Shown here: piece after piece, positions 1-13,051 of the stretch | How positions within the stretch are numbered: the first letter of the stretch is position 1 | Layout: every line of letters starts with the position of its first letter | Assembly: GCA_051294905.1 (NCBI GenBank) | Contig: CM119371.1 | Span: forward strand, 17,920,001 to 17,984,000 | Direction: 5' to 3' | Source: Botryllus schlosseri | Lineage: Eukaryota | Length of the DNA: 64,000 bases | Made by a program: the position numbers and the translations under genes | Notes under the pieces: model-generated | What the model saw: only the letters and a program-made list of their open reading frames with translations | Told to the model about the DNA's origin: nothing | Databases searched by the model: none

Positions 1-247
1 TTGTTTTGTAAGAATAGTTCATATGGTGCCCAAAAAGTTTCAAATGCACAGGGCTAGAATAAGGTGTCGCTAAAATTGTGAAACACGTCTCAGCCACTAT
101 CGCCAATAGCGACACCGATTCTGTGCCATTTGGAAACTCCATCATGTTGTTTGGCGGCTCCACACGCCCGGGCCTGGTCAAGAATTCTCTTTGTCAGCGA
201 TGGAGTGGGCAATGTGACGGAGGTAATGAATGAAATTAAATCAGATT

Positions 248-512
248 TCATTCGGCGACTATTCTGCCGTTGGGGTCCAAACGAAGATTATTTTGCAGAC
301 AATCAGAATTATCTTTTTCCGCCCATAACTTACGAACGGACACTGACATTGGTCGCTTGGGTGGCCCTGTGATAGGGAAATCTGTTTTGTTGAGGTCCCG
401 ATATGAAACTTTGTATGCATCGTCAAGGCGAATTCCGTGCAGAAAACGGCATATTTGACAATGGTGATATCTTCTCTTATAATGCGGGTGGTGTCGCCTT
501 TCGGTCCGCCAT
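248..512 (-). CDS. Fucosyltransferase copy 1, terminal coding exon 6
   Basis: ttttccag|A TGG CGG gives YFRWR..., then CQICRFLH, stop TGA at 248-250. Spliced CDS is 1266 nt = 421 aa plus stop. Confidence 0.9.
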
Positions 513-1965
513 CTGGAAAACCATTGTTATGGTCAATTGAATGTATATTTGTTAGATACTACTGCTCTATATATTCGTATGCAATTAAGCAACAAATGTC
601 ATATTCCATTATGTGACGCAGTCAGAAATGACACTCGAGTTATAAGGCTCAAAGTATTGAAATTTATCAGGCCCGAATCGAGTCCGCAGACAATTATTTT
701 GTATGTTACTAATAGTTCATCTTCGCTTAAATAGTCACAGAAATAGCATTTGATAAGAGTTTTCGTATAGTGTCACAAAGGAGGTAAATCTAGCTTCACG
801 GAAAATCCTCAAACGTTCGGTTTCCGCATTGACCAGACCAGTTGTTCCCAACGTGGGCGATATCGTCTCTCAGTGGGTGATTTTGAGAAAAAAGGGGTCG
901 AAAATACGAAAGGGGGCGAGAAGGGCGGGAATTTTAAAACGTCAAGTGAGATATATTTAATTTACACTCAGAAAACGCACGTGAAGACGACTTATTCTGC
1001 ATATGACGCGAAAAATAGTCAACTAAACGGAAAGTAGACGCGGAACCCAGATTTTCCGAGCACCTATCGCTTCAAAACATTGCATATTCTATTAAATTCG
1101 CCAGCGATCAGATTTAGGTGAATAAATTTCCCGTTTATATGTCCTCTTTTGCGGATCCGCAATTATACGAGCGAAAATTTGTGTTGAAATTGATAAAGGG
1201 GCGACGAGTCGAAAAAGGTTGGGAAACACACGGCTATAGATCATATCGTAGAACCGTCACACGCAACTCATGTCAGGAATCAGGTCTCACATCATTTCAT
1301 TAGTCATTCGTGTTAGATGAGAAGACATATCTTGCAATTGTGAAAGTATACTCATAGCCACATACAACTGACGACCTGACGCGTTCGTCCATGAAATTCA
1401 CTTTTTTAACAAATAAACCGGAGTACTTTTCACGCCATTTATTTTTGACATCTCCTTGAAGAAGCTTGAGCATCTATTGTAAATGGCGGCGTGTACACCC
1501 CATTGAGTATCAATTTACGATATCATCTCTGCATCTGCTGGAGTAGCAATGCTGACTGCTTTGACCGCATCTACACTCAACTCCAACTGGTATATGAGAG
1601 TGAAGTGGCTATAGTACCCCAAACCGTGGACGTTGCCATACATGACCAAGTAATGAATTACTGCGATGTCTTTGTACGACGATGTATAGTTGCATTGATT
1701 TCAGGTTATTGCTATTTCAGCCTTAAAGTGTGTTATAAATGTTTTCAAGATCCTCAAGTTGTGCTCGTAAACATTTGCCCACCGATGTTTTGATCGATAT
1801 GGATTATCACACCTTTATATATAGGACCAAACTTTATGGCGTCCGTAGCTGTGCCTTAGTAAAGTTAACCATACATTTGCATTCACGGGATTCGAATTTG
1901 GTGAAATTCAAATTACGGTTGGAGGACTTGCATATTATTGTTACTCCCGTAAAAGTATATTTCAC

Positions 1966-2475
1966 CTGAAATATTGCAGGTAAGCGGTGTCGTTGCGATC
2001 CAAGTAGTTCAAATGGTCAATCAGATGCTGCATAGACGGAAAGTCTTCCACGAAAATGAATCCGCTGGCGGGGATATGTGCTTCGTATACCTCTTTAGTA
2101 GAGCCCAATACAACCGGTACGACTCCGGCTCTTAAGGCACGGAAAAACTTCTCCGTCACGTAGTCTTTACAATGATAGGAATTCTCGAATGCGAAATAGA
2201 ATTTGTATTGCGATGTGTATTCTATCATTTCATTTTTCATGTAGTCATTTCGAGAAACAGGTGCTTTCCCAAAGCATCGCCCGAACGCTTCCAGCTTCAA
2301 GCCCATTGTCAGCAATTTCTTGACATAAGCAAGTCTGACAACTGCCCCTTGAGTCAGATCACAATTTGAAATTGCGATCAATGCCAGATGCTTCTTAATC
2401 GCCAGTGGCTTCTCCAATTCGGTTCCAGTTTCAGCTACTGCATTTCCATAAGTCAATTGAAAATCTGAGTCTCGT
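1966..2475 (-). CDS. Fucosyltransferase copy 1, coding exon 5 (GDP-fucose-binding domain)
   Basis: acag|A CGA GAC TCA GAT...TTC AG|gtgaa. Contains RDSD, ISNC, YKFYFAFENS.CKDYVTEK, VPVVLG and L..LD.N..AY..YF, which are canonical GT10 motifs. Confidence 0.95.
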
Positions 2476-4559
2476 CTGTCGTTGGTACGATATCGAAGTG
2501 TTAATATTGTGATACCATATCATACAGAAGTCCAATGTAATGTAATGACCATAATTATAGGTTACATTTCAAGTTGCAAACTACAGGGCAGATGATGAGT
2601 CGCAATGAATTTATTTCTAATTATGATACAGACCACAACTCATTGTAAATCAGTGCTGTGGACGCGGTAAAGTGTGCCACCGACTCCAACTCCGACTCCG
2701 ATTCCACACATTTTCAATATACCGACTCTGACTACACCAATCAAGGATAATCCGAGAATTATCATGGAAAAACTCAAATAACACTGCTTCTACTAGTTGG
2801 AATTGAGTCAAATTACCTTTGCATCGTCTTTGAAGACGACTCAACAATTCCATGGGGTTGACAGAAACATTAGAATTTTTTTTTTCAATTTTCCCTAATA
2901 AATTAAAATTTTCAATCGGATTTGCGGAGTCTTTTACTTGTTTGAATTTAACCAAATTTGGTACGAAGCGTTTTTCAGGGTAAGCTGACAATTTAATCAG
3001 TGAATGTCCGGAATCTGGAAAAGGAAGGTATTTTTGAACAACACTACTCCACAACCCTGCATTGTATCGCATCTTCCCCTATAGCTAATGTCTTCACATA
3101 TAGACTATCATTCTCGAAGATGCATTTTTAAGCAAACAGCCTCCACATTATCATGATCTCAATGTATTTTTCCATCGTTTTACTACGAAACCAAGTCTCT
3201 AAGAGGAGTTGCACTTATAACTGCACGGGTGTTTAAAACTTATTGCTTTATCACACTGTTTCCGCTTTGCCACGTAGAGACAATAATTCCCTCACTTATC
3301 GTAGGGAAATACTAGCTTCGAGATTGCATGTGCGCATATTTGCAACACTACGATAGCGTTGCCATACGTCCGGAATTTCCCGGACATGCCCGGAATTTCA
3401 CTGAAAAAAACTGCGTCCGGGAGGACATTCTAAAATATGCCTAAAAGTCCGGAATTTTAAAAGTTTGAAGTAAGATCATAATTTTTTCGTAAATCAACAT
3501 GAATAATATTATTTTGAAGCAGATTTGTGGTATTCGACATTTTTCTTCGTGCTGCGCGCGAGTTATTGCGACTTGTCTTGATATTAGTATGGGTACCAGG
3601 CACCGCCCTCGCCAAGAAAATTCAAACAAAAATATATATAAATAACCATCATTTACTGAAATAAGTCTAATTGTAATTGCAATTATAAGCTAACGGTATA
3701 TTCCTAGAGTTGGTTAAGGCCGATTAGATGCTTCCGTTAGAGGCAGCGGTTCCAAATCTCGGGGTCGTTTGCCTTTATCTAGACATCGCGATGATGTTGG
3801 ACGTAATCAGCTTCCTAGGCCGTAAGTGCGGGCAAGCCGATTTTTTTTAGTAATCAGCTTATTAAGTTTTGAGCTGGGCCACGGAACATTTTCAAGTTGG
3901 AAATGAGGCCGCGACCATAACAAGTTGAAAATCACCGAATGTGCAACCTGCTGGTGCATTTTATAGTTGCCTAATATATGGAAGAATCAATATTATTAAC
4001 GAAATTTATTCATAAAATTCAACAACCAGATGCATCTAGTAAGTGCTCCGAAAGTCACATCGATTACCATATGGTGGGCCCAAGATCAGTGCTTTTTGGA
4101 TCTGAAAAAATGTTGTTTTGGACATGAATAAAACACACAACCAGGTAGCCGCACCGACCTAACCGTATAGAAGGGCTGTCAAACACAATCCGACATGCCA
4201 GACGCGGCCGTCAGATGATCTCATACGGCCCGTGAAGAAATCTATTTCCGACCCTAGCTAGTAGCAATCACCAGAGCTCACATTACAGATGGCCCAATTC
4301 ATGACCTATGTTCCACTCCATTCCTGTATACAGTCGATGGAAAATGCCTTGCTAGTGTGACGTCGTATTGACAGACAATGTGTTATAACTCATTTTTAAA
4401 TCCGCTAGTGGGCGATAAAGAGTGTCCGTAATTTCGTCCACAAAAATATGGTAACCCTACGCTAGGATTGCAATAGGAGAAGGTATGTAATGACTTCAAT
4501 GCATAGCTTTGTAATCGCTTTGCACTGATACGGGACTTCGCCAACGCGTCAGTTCTTAC

Positions 4560-4676
4560 CGATAGGTTAGTGACGCGTTGAATCCTATTTGATCAGCCTG
4601 TTGTAACCAGCTGCTCCGAGACATATACGGTGGTGCCTCTGCGCAAAGCCATATCCAGTATTGATTAGGATTCCGT
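4560..4676 (-). CDS. Fucosyltransferase copy 1, coding exon 4
   Basis: tttcag|A...CG|gtaaga; 117 nt, RNPNQYWIWLCAEAPPY...FNASLTYR (GT10 Q.W.W...E.P and FN..MTYR motifs). Confidence 0.9.
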
Positions 4677-5571
4677 CTGAAATGCCACCCATAAGGATCA
4701 AGCATAACACAGTAATAACGCGCGGTTACGCTATGATATGCTGATAACGGATGCAACACGGCAATAAGCGGGTTTAATACAATGTATGGTAATAATATTG
4801 TAACGTTTTTCCACAGTGTAGGAGGCTACGTCTTATTGTCGTAATTTAATAATGCTCCAATTATCTCTCCAGTTATCCAATCTTGAGCAATTAGCATATT
4901 TATTTTGCACCACGCAGAGTTGGTACACAGTGTATATTCAACTATTCATACCTTAAAGGAGTTACATGAAACGAGATCCTACCTCACGATTATACCGCAT
5001 TATAAATTAATCGCAACATATTAATGCAAATGATGCCTGGAAAACTGTATCATAAGTACAAATGGAGTATAATGGAACCTAGCCACATAGGAACGTTGAT
5101 AGGTAGCCTATGCATGAAGTAAGGCGGACCATGGACCGACCGGGTATTCTAATTTTGGGCCGGAGCCGGATAAGTACTTTTTCGTATACGGCCGGAGTCG
5201 GATCGGAGCCAGATCAGTACTTTTCACTAACAATATGACAGCCACACCTTCTTCCCCCCTCGAATCAACAGTTAAAGGTAAACGTTGATGGGAATGAACC
5301 CCATGTTAAGTCCAAGTTGGCATAATTACTGCAGATACGGGTTGGGTTTGATCTTTGAGTTGTTAATGTCCTGTTTGCGTTCTTTCAATCAATATTCGAA
5401 ACCACCCTGTGAGTAGATAATTATTATCGGATGTTTTCGGGCCGGATCACGGTCATTTCAAGAATCCGGCCCAGGAGTCGGACCGTAGCTTTAGAAAACA
5501 CGACCGTAGTAGGACCAGAGAGTTTGTCGACCCGCTCCGCACTAGCACGAAGGTACGCATAGGATTTATAA

Positions 5572-6290
5572 CAGTGGTTCCCAACCTTTTTCGACTCGTG
5601 ACCCCTTGGCCGATATTTGAGCTAAAATCCCCCTCTATGAAAAAGTTGCCTGTGACTAAAAAATGTGCTTTTCGACGCGTAACCATTTGTTGACTGAGCA
5701 ATTAAAGGCCAAACATATTCAGATATGTCAGAACTATGGCGAATGCGGACAGCACTAAACTTTGGTAAAGTACGGTCAAATTTGACCTGTTTCTGATCGT
5801 TCGGGTAGCCGCTGACAAAAAACAAATCACCAAGTCCGCTTGCTATGGACTTGAGTTGAATCGACGAATTTGGTACGGCATGTTTTTCACGTTAGCTCAT
5901 ATGTTGGCTTAAAAGTTAAACAATTTCATCAGCGACCTTGTGCTGAATTCGGCTGGACGTTTTCCTGCTTAGTAACAATTTGGTCGAGAGGCTGTCGCGG
6001 ACCCAACGAAATCGTCTCGTGAGCGTCGCTTTATCAAGGGGTGTAATAGCTACGGACGGCATTTAAACATATACCTAGCTTGAAATCCGCCAAAGAAACA
6101 TACAATGGTAAATAACTAATTTCTACTTAACAGTTCTATACCATACAAATCTAAAAACCTTGTGAACCAAGTGTATCTTCCAATACAATGCCGAAGCCAG
6201 ATTTCCCCTGGAAATATTAAGCCAGATTTCCCACTAAAAATTTCAAAATTCCTCCCAAGAGGGGAATTCCCCCCCGTTTGGGAACCACTG
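5572..6290. mobile_element. hAT MITE
   Basis: TIR CAGTGGTTCCCAA; TSD ATTTATAA; absent from copy 2 near 50413-50420. Confidence 0.85.
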
Positions 6291-6937
6291 ATTTATAACA
6301 ATGCTTTAGTTTAAACGACGACTCAATCACAACCGTCTGTTCCGCGACGTAATGAAGAATTGAACGAGCGAAATCTTTAATATATACAGAGAACTAAACT
6401 TGCTGAATGATAGTTGTTTGTTTATTGGTATTCATGGCGCTTGTCGACTACTATGGTCATTTACACAGGGCAAATATTCTTCATTTTTTTCCCGTAACTG
6501 CCGACTTGCAGCGCGGCCCACTTCTAGGCTTTTTGCAAGACACCGCTAGCGCGGATGAGATGGTGAAGAGGAGCCTAGATAAACCCCCAACACTTAGGTA
6601 GGAATTCTGGAGTCGACCTCGGCCGTACTCGAACCCTCAAGCCATTGGTGCTGCAGCTGCGGATTACACCACTACGCTATCTCGCAACACGTCGATTGAT
6701 AGTAATGATAGGCTCAAATCGGCTCCGAATTGAAACACAGAATTTACGAAATCCTGTTCAGTCGGTATCAAGTCAAGGGGAATATTCGATATGTATCCCG
6801 TGAACTGGATTTTTGAATTGCGAGGTCACTTATCATCTTTAGGATGTCAATGCACACTTTTTCGGTAAGAGTGCAGGGAAGGTGTGTACCGTGCGACATT
6901 TCACTTCTGGTCCACCGTCAAGCATTTGGTTACTCAC

Positions 6938-7011
6938 TTCACTCGTGGAATATCTTGCAGGTTGGTTCGATCGTAATGAATGATGACGGCCTCCGTTCTA
7001 ATGTCGCTTAT
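6938..7011 (-). CDS. Fucosyltransferase copy 1, coding exon 3
   Basis: ttgcag|ATA...AA|gtgagt; 74 nt, ISDIRTEAVIIHYDRTNLQDIPRV (equivalent to the DAVxFH motif). Phase 0 to phase 2 fits both neighbours. Confidence 0.85.
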
Positions 7012-7455
7012 CTGCAATTATATTGACATAAATGTATGTTGGCGTGCTCTTAACGACATACTACAAGCGGACGTGGATAAATAACAGTAGCAACACTTCT
7101 GGCGGAAGGTTGCGTAGGTAGACAATAAATACGTGGGTGGAAAATAGGTTTAGTAACCAAATTTCCACCATAGCATAATGTGCAAATGATGCCACCTGCG
7201 CTTCTTGGTTGCAAATTTTGCTTCACCACCCATCGCAATTGGCGAAAACGAGTGACATACACCAATTCTTATAATGCAGATGTATACTAGCATTGTTTTT
7301 GCTGTAGTAGGCCTATTCATGTTATTTTTCGATTATATAATGGCCATTTACATAAGGACTACATTCTTTGTTATGATTTCATAGCTGCCGTCTCGTAGCG
7401 ACCTATAGCGACAATAGCGACCCATTTCTACGCTTCTATAAGACTCCGCTTACGC

Positions 7456-8827
7456 CAGTGGTTCTCTACCTTATTGTGTTCTCGTCCCCACCCTCTTTAG
7501 ACCGTCTCTAATCTCAGTGGACACCCCAGTTTTAACTCGATTATCATGCCCATGTGTTTTGTACAAATATTAACTGTATGCTAGTGATTAACAGCAACAA
7601 AATGACTTTTCTTAAAGAAAAAACACGGTACCATTTAGTAGAAAGTGCGGAGACTCTTATTATATTTCAAGCATATTCTGCAGTTGCATTTCCTGTCAAT
7701 CCGTCCGTAGATTTAATATGAACGAGTGCCGAAAATCCATTTCCACAAAGATAGGTGGTGGGGTGGCGGATGTAACAACCACGCGTAACGCTGCCAGGAT
7801 TATAATGACTCGAGTCTTGACTCGGCTCGAGTCCGACTCGAGGCAAGATTTTCTGATGACTCAACTTGACTCGAGTCATTTTCCCAAAATACGGAAATGA
7901 CTCGACTCCACTCGAGTCAATCGGTGTATTGATTCAAATTGGACTCGAGTCATTGCGCATGACTCGAACCAAGTCATATGACTCGAAATCAGACGGCCAA
8001 GACCGGCATTTCATTGTAATTTCGAAGAATAGTAAAGTTACCACACTATTAGGATTTCGTCTATTGGTACTGGTACTCGATAATGCGACCAGAAACTGCT
8101 AAAAGTGAGGAAATTAGTATATTAATAATACGAGCCATTCGATATCACCAAACAGAGCCTTAAAAGTGGGTTTAACAAGCCTGTAACTGGAAACTGAGCA
8201 GTCATCACAATGACTTGGACGCGGACTCGAGTCATAATGCCATGACTCAAACTCTACCCTCTGTTCTCTGACTTGGACTCGGACTTGACTCGGTGGTGAA
8301 TTGAAAATGACTCGACTTGACTCGAGTCAAAAGTATAAAAGTGAGATTGACTTGTGACTCGGAGTCTTGTGACTTGGTTACAACCCTATAACGCTCCCTT
8401 CGGTTGTAATCGCAACATATATATATTGCACCAAAATTGAGACACGTATTTTTAATGAACATATAACGTCCAGCCTAGCCATTGCAATCTAGCAGCTCAT
8501 CTTAAGGATATTCCGTAATAGCGGTAATGTATATTGCAGGAGAAAATGGATTTTTGTAAACAATTTTTTCCAAAACCTCAATAAAACATCTGTACACAGC
8601 AATATGTTTGTATCAATAGGCTATTCGCAATTTGGCAATTAAAATGAATTTGCACAGTAGAATATTTCATCTCAGACTGCCATTCTGTTTATGCGGCTTC
8701 TGAGTCTTTCGCAGTTATGAACCGAAACTGCCTCGTGCTATCTCTAATTAAAAAATAAAATCCAAATTGAGTCATCGATAGTTTTGCAAAATTTTGAGGT
8801 TTCACGGACCCCGGTTGAGAATCAGTG
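7456..8827. mobile_element. hAT non-autonomous element inserted in a SINE; contains a GACTCGAGTC MITE (about 7795-8388)
   Basis: CAGTGGTTCTC...GAGAATCAGTG; TSD GCTTACGC; same family as 56818-58504. Confidence 0.75.
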
Positions 8828-9050
8828 GCTTACGCGGTCCACATGGCGAGGATGGGCCTGTAATATAGATAAACCTCCAACACTATGTCGGACTCGAACC
8901 CGCAACCCATTGGTGTTGCATCTGTGAATCGTACAAGTACACTATTATACAGGGGTGTAGCAGGATCTTGTACCTGTACCACAATTTTGAGCAGCTAAAT
9001 CTCTTGTATTACTCATAACGGATACGAATGGAAACGCCGTACCACAGAGA

Positions 9051-9320
9051 GTGGCGAGATAGCGTAGTGGTATAATCCGCGGCAGCAAGACCAATGGGTG
9101 CGGGTTCGAGTCTATCCGAGGTCGGCACCAGAATTCCTAAGTCAGTGTTGATGGTTTATCTAGGCTCCACCTCGCCACCTCATATGCGTATAGCAGTGTC
9201 TTACAGAGAGCCTAGAAATAGGACATGCTATAAGTCGTCAGTTATGGGGGAAAATTTAGAATATCTGCCTGGAGTAAATGACCATAGTAGTCGAAAATAC
9301 CACAAGACAAAAAAACAAAC
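9051..9320 (+). mobile_element. tRNA-derived SINE family 1 (other copies about 6415-6686 -, 15650-15855 -, 50535-50780 -, 53002-53170 +, 55465-55580 -)
   Basis: A-box TAGCGTAGTGG, B-box GGTTCGAGTC, shared body and AAAC-type tail; multiple dispersed copies. Confidence 0.8.
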
Positions 9321-9738
9321 CGCATCACGACTAAAACAAGGGGCACAACATTGAAATATGCCAATTTGTATTGTCGTGCTAATTGTTAATAACAATTGGC
9401 CCAACGAAGATGCATCGTCATTTAAAGCTTGCCCCAAATTTTCGAAAATACCCTCTCCATCAACTCTACCGGTGAATCTGATCACGTGGGCTGAGAGAGG
9501 ATAAATGTATGATACTAATATGTTAAAATATTATTGACGAAATTCATTACTGAATCTGAAAAAAATTCGCGCTGCACGTGAACATAACAAATGACATACT
9601 ACTCTTGATTTCAGTGCGTATAGTAAGCCGATGTCATTGAATAGATTAGTCCGACGATCGCTACATTTCGGAGGCGAAATAAAATATCAGAAAAGCAGGT
9701 TTGATTAGTTCAACGAGCACGTATGCGGTACTATTGCT

Positions 9739-12180
9739 CAGTGTTGGGATCAAGTTACTATCACTACCTTTGAGTCACGAGTCATCTCGAGTCATTGCAC
9801 ATTTTGACTCGAGTCAAGTCAAGTCAATCGATTTTCGAAGGTGACTCGAGTCAAGTCAAGTCACCGTTTTTGGAGGTGACTTGACTCAAGTCGAGTCAAG
9901 TCAAGTCAAGTCCCGAGTCAAGTCACAATTAAAGTCAAATCGAATTTCGAAGTATGAGTGATGATTCAAAGCCATTACATTTTGCTAAATGTGTGAAAGA
10001 CAGATGAATTGGTCATTTGTCTTGAGTCAAATAACGAATATAAAGTTAAATACACATGCAAAAAGACACTGCATCGCCCACGCACACGTACAACTGCTAT
10101 TAGAATACGTGAGTAGCTGTACAGTTACATGCTACAGTCAGTTATAATCAGCCAAAATATAGGACCGAATACGAAGCCCCGAGAAGTTGAAACAAATTGA
10201 TTTGGTACTATAGCCTACACCAGCGGTTCTCAACTTCGCATGTATGGCGGGCCGCATTTTAACAGCAAAAGACGCTGCGGGCCGCAGAACATCATTACCA
10301 TGTATTTGTGGGCTATTATTACATTTAGGCTACTGCACAGTAGTATACGGGCATTTAGTACATTTTTATGCATTATAAAGAAATATTGGACGGCGTCGTA
10401 AGTTTGCAGTTACTGTTTTCTTTTCGTGATAATACGTATCTTCCATCGGCGCAAGTAAATCCCTTCGTGGATCGTGCATTGTATTCATAGCCAGGTCACC
10501 TTCCAATCGTTCCGGCAGAGAACGGAACACTCTGTTCCAATGCGTGAGCGAGCAAGTATAAAATTACCATAACTTTTTAGTCACAGAGGCCATTATCACT
10601 ATGAGCCCTCAGTGATAAAAGAAGTCTGGCGTTTCGCGGTCATTTCTGAGACAACAAACCAACCCTTCATTCCTTCAATGACTGAAGCCCTGCACCAATA
10701 ATTACAGAATCCAGCTTTCAAGTTGATGTTTTTGCTCGTCCCCTTCCCTCGTTTGTCTTGCCAGCATTTCCTCTGTGAATGTGTCCACTCCGATAAAATG
10801 CACCCAGATAATTAGCGATGAAATGTTTGTAGAGTCGGTGGATTCGTCCAATGCTAGGCTAAAGTATACTCTGCGCGGCAACGTGTTTCAGAACATGCGA
10901 TAAAATAGCGACTGACATTGCTGCTACTTTTCTGGTCACGGTTGAATCAGACAACTGTAGCCTAGAAATTTGTCAAGTGATATTGTCCTTGTTGGTAAAT
11001 TCCGGAAACAGTGAATATTCGAACATTATATTTAAGTTTTATTGAAATCACACCTTCTCTAGCAGATATCTTGGGTTTAGTGATAACCCAATGCCTCTGT
11101 AACGTCGTGGGGAATTTTGACAATGCCTCAAAATATGGATTGCTGGGCTTGCAACGTAACTGGCGATGTTTTTTTTAAGATCAGGCGATATGTATAACTC
11201 CAGAAGAAACTTTCGTGGTATCGTTAAAGCTTCTAGGCTTACGACAATTGTTCTTCGGAAAATATGACACATCCGTTTTCTATCTATATCTGAGATAGCA
11301 AATTTATTGTCCCACGCTGAGCTACAAACCGAATTTTCGCCGTTGAATTTCCCGTTCCTTGTTCCCGTTCCTTGTTCCGTTCCCGTTCCTTGTTTCTGTT
11401 CAACCCATTCGCAGTGAGTCAAAAACTCTTTAAAAGTGTACTACGCAGCGGAATTCACTTAAACCAGAGTCAACACGAATACCGATTCAAAACAATAACA
11501 ATGTATAAACTCGAGCATATCAAGAAACATAGAAAACATCAAATAATGAGTATTCAAACGAACATAGACGGTGCGATAAGAGAGCTAAGCAGCTGAATTG
11601 ATATGTAACAATGCCTTGCCTGTAGGAATTGCGTTCATCTTCACATAATGACAGATGTCGCGGGCCGCAAAGAACCCCTGGCCTACACTATACCCATCTA
11701 CACATCCGTAAGAATTTAAACGCACAGACTATATTTGTTCGATTTAAATCATACATGGTGGTTGGCAATAAAACTTAGCAATGCGCAATGTAAGCATTGA
11801 GCCGTCTATGAAACAGAGACACATTGCGATTAGATTAATCTGCTACTGGTACGACAACGTAAACTGTGATCGTTTCGTTTGCGGTCAATTTATTTGTGAT
11901 GTAACAATGGAGGATCAGTGTAACGTACAATCAGTGACTGATTGATTGCTCTCACAAGTGACACCGGCGTATCTTGAACAATCCGAACATACACAAGATA
12001 CATTGATTTAATCGACACTGTAAACTTAATGACTTGAAATTGACTCGTAAATTTTGTTACGAGTCACGAGTCAATGCAGATTTCTGCAGATCCGAGTCAA
12101 GTCAAGTCAAGTCATTTTTGCAAAGTGACTCGAGTCAAGTCAAGTCATACGAAAAATTGACTCGAGTCATCCCAACATTG
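9739..12180. mobile_element. hAT-type non-autonomous element rich in GACTCGAGTC motifs, with a nested element
   Basis: TIR CAGTGTTGGGAT...ATCCCAACATTG; TSD CTATTGCT. Empty site in duplicate copy 2 near 54083-54090. Confidence 0.85.
10221..11680 (-). mobile_element. hAT (Buster/Charlie/SPIN-like) deletion derivative with a transposase remnant
   Basis: CAGCGGTTCT...AGAACCCCTG; TSD GCCTACAC. Minus strand about 10790-10970 reads ISRLQLSDSTVTRKVAAMS and YFSLALDESTDSTNISSLIIWV. Confidence 0.85.
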
Positions 12181-12224
12181 CTATTGCTAGAGCTCACATA
12201 GTTCTGGGTCCCTGATATACTCAC

Positions 12225-12311
12225 CCATTTGTCTGCATTGCGTACAAGACATCCCCCACATTCTCTGGGCAGATCGACCGCTGGATCCGATGAATTCCAA
12301 GCAAGTATTAT
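12225..12311 (-). CDS. Fucosyltransferase copy 1, coding exon 2
   Basis: tatag|ATA...TGG|gtgagt; 87 nt, IILAWNSSDPAVDLPRECGGCLVRNADKW (GT10 N-domain ILxW...C..C pattern). Conserved in copy 2. Confidence 0.85.
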
Positions 12312-12707
12312 CTATATAGTTGTCAAAATATATAAGAAGAAGTTTTGACTTTCCTCTATCTATATGCGTCCTAGTTATTGTAGCCAGTCATGGTCCATTG
12401 ATGTAGAATTTTATACGAACCTATAGCAGTAAAATATGAGTCATTCGGTAATGAGCATGCAGAGATGTAGAAAAACTGACGGGAGGATTGACTTGACTGC
12501 TGCTCTTTTAGATTAATTAGGTCTATCGTTACACCTCATATTGCCTACTCAGGTTGGTTTGAATATGTGACATTGGTTACTAAACCTGGAAATCGGTTTC
12601 AGCAACAACATACAAATATAAATCAGTGATTCTGAACCTTTCTCGCCTTAACTAACCATAGTTTGCTTCGAGTCTCCAAATTTACATGGAGACTATGGAC
12701 AAATATG

Positions 12708-13051
12708 CAGGGTTACCATACGTCGTCTTTTAAGAGGACTTGTCCTATTTTTTGACTTTTTTGAAAGTGTCCTCGGAGGACGCCCAAATGTCCTCTTTTT
12801 GAGATTTTGCGCTCTTTTTTGAGAATTCTGGTTGAATATAGGGTAAAATGCAACTGAGATACAGTAAATCAGCCCTGAAGTAACGCCCTGGTGGCTATTT
12901 CAGGAGCTGGGCTGGAAAGTTGACTTGTTTAGTGAACCGACCACGAAGTGCAAAAAATTTACCATTTTTTGAGGATTTTTCTCCGGTATTGCAAGTCCTG
13001 AAATTTTGAAAAAGTGTCCTCTTTTCAGGTTTCCAAATTATGTTAACCCTA
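12708..13051. mobile_element. hAT-type MITE (AGGGTTACCATA family)
   Basis: Imperfect TIR, TSD CAAATATG. Relatives near 3355-4460, 47300, 54602 and 58941. Confidence 0.7.

Noticed and set aside
130..458. Plus-strand ORFs conserved with 45974-46162
   Set aside because: Antisense shadow of fucosyltransferase exon 6.
2650..3072. 140-aa ORF
   Set aside because: Within an intronic repeat (GACTCC-rich MITE-like sequence), no recognisable motif, not conserved in copy 2.
7800..8390. GACTCGAGTC arrays as CRISPR-like repeats
   Set aside because: Irregular spacing, no constant repeat/spacer unit, eukaryotic context; bounded by MITE termini.
9051..9130. tRNA gene
   Set aside because: A and B boxes are present, but there is no convincing cloverleaf and it continues into a dispersed SINE body.
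9228..9485. ORF MIRFTGRVDGEGIFENLGQ, repeated at 53554-53826, as a possible extra exon
   Set aside because: It lies in MITE-derived sequence (relative of 55859-56537) and diverges in frame after about 33 aa. The fucosyltransferase splices correctly without it.
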